From: Octopus bimaculoides
Lineage: Eukaryota
Assembly: GCF_001194135.2 (NCBI RefSeq)
Contig: NC_068994.1
Coordinates: 21,344,108 to 21,408,107 of the forward strand
DNA length: 64,000 bases
Direction: 5' to 3'
The notes below the pieces were generated by a model. That model was not told the DNA's origin, ran no database searches, and saw only the letters and a program-made list of their open reading frames with translations. Position numbers and translations under genes: made by a program. How positions within the stretch are numbered: position 1 is the first letter of the stretch; each line of letters begins with the position of its first letter. This document shows positions 63,551-64,000 of the stretch, in pieces.

Positions 63551-64000
63551 CTTATAGTAAAAATGGATACATAAGGGTGGAAAATCACAGGAACAATACC
63601 ATATGTCCAACATAAGATACAATATGTGTGTTCAATCCCTTCAAGAATCAATAAATGAATTTATAGTATTCAGTCTCTAAAGTGTCTAAAAGGTACGGTA
63701 AACAGGTTTACTGATGCAATCCCGGCATGCACGCATAAAATTCAGTCAACATTCATTATGAAATTCAAAAAGAATAGGAAATTTAAAGAGAAGGTTAGGA
63801 CGAATAGTGACTGTAAAAGATCATAGCATGAATTCGAACTTAGAATAGTAATAATAATGATTTAGATTGGAAAACTTCCATGAGTTAATAGTTATAAAAA
63901 TAATACAATATAATTTAATATATAAGGAAGAAAAATAATATTATAAAATAAAATAAATAGAAGTACCAATAGACATTATATAAGCAGGCCGGAATAGAAC

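Overview
AT-rich animal genomic DNA, packed with (TA)n/(CA)n microsatellites, short N-gaps, tRNA-derived SINEs and decayed RTE/CR1-type LINEs. The repeat families look like those of Octopus; this is inference from recalled SINE sequences. The window holds one protein-coding gene, on the minus strand: a CPEB2/3/4-subfamily gene (Drosophila orb2 orthologue; RRM1-RRM2-ZZ). I reconstructed eight coding exons by hand, all with GT-AG boundaries and compatible phases: 59464-59563, 50713-50736, 34657-34839, 33539-33628, 32417-32535, 31648-31762, 29227-29408 and 24977-25204 (1041 nt, 346 aa plus TAG). The large N-terminal exon lies beyond position 64000. Main discovery: a 24-nt phase 1-1 microexon at 50713-50736, not translated in frame in the ORF track, encoding ARAYGRRR. 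It matches in length, phase, position and 7/8 residues the vertebrate neuronal CPEB4 microexon (ARTYGRRR). Secondary leads are a CpG-retaining intronic island (about 35.7-36.5 kb) with further candidate alternative exons, a possibly 13.5-kb 3' UTR with a dense CPE cluster and miR-22/miR-92 seed matches, and related fold-back elements flanking one exon. Most ORFs in the supplied track are artefacts of gaps, microsatellites or transposon remnants.
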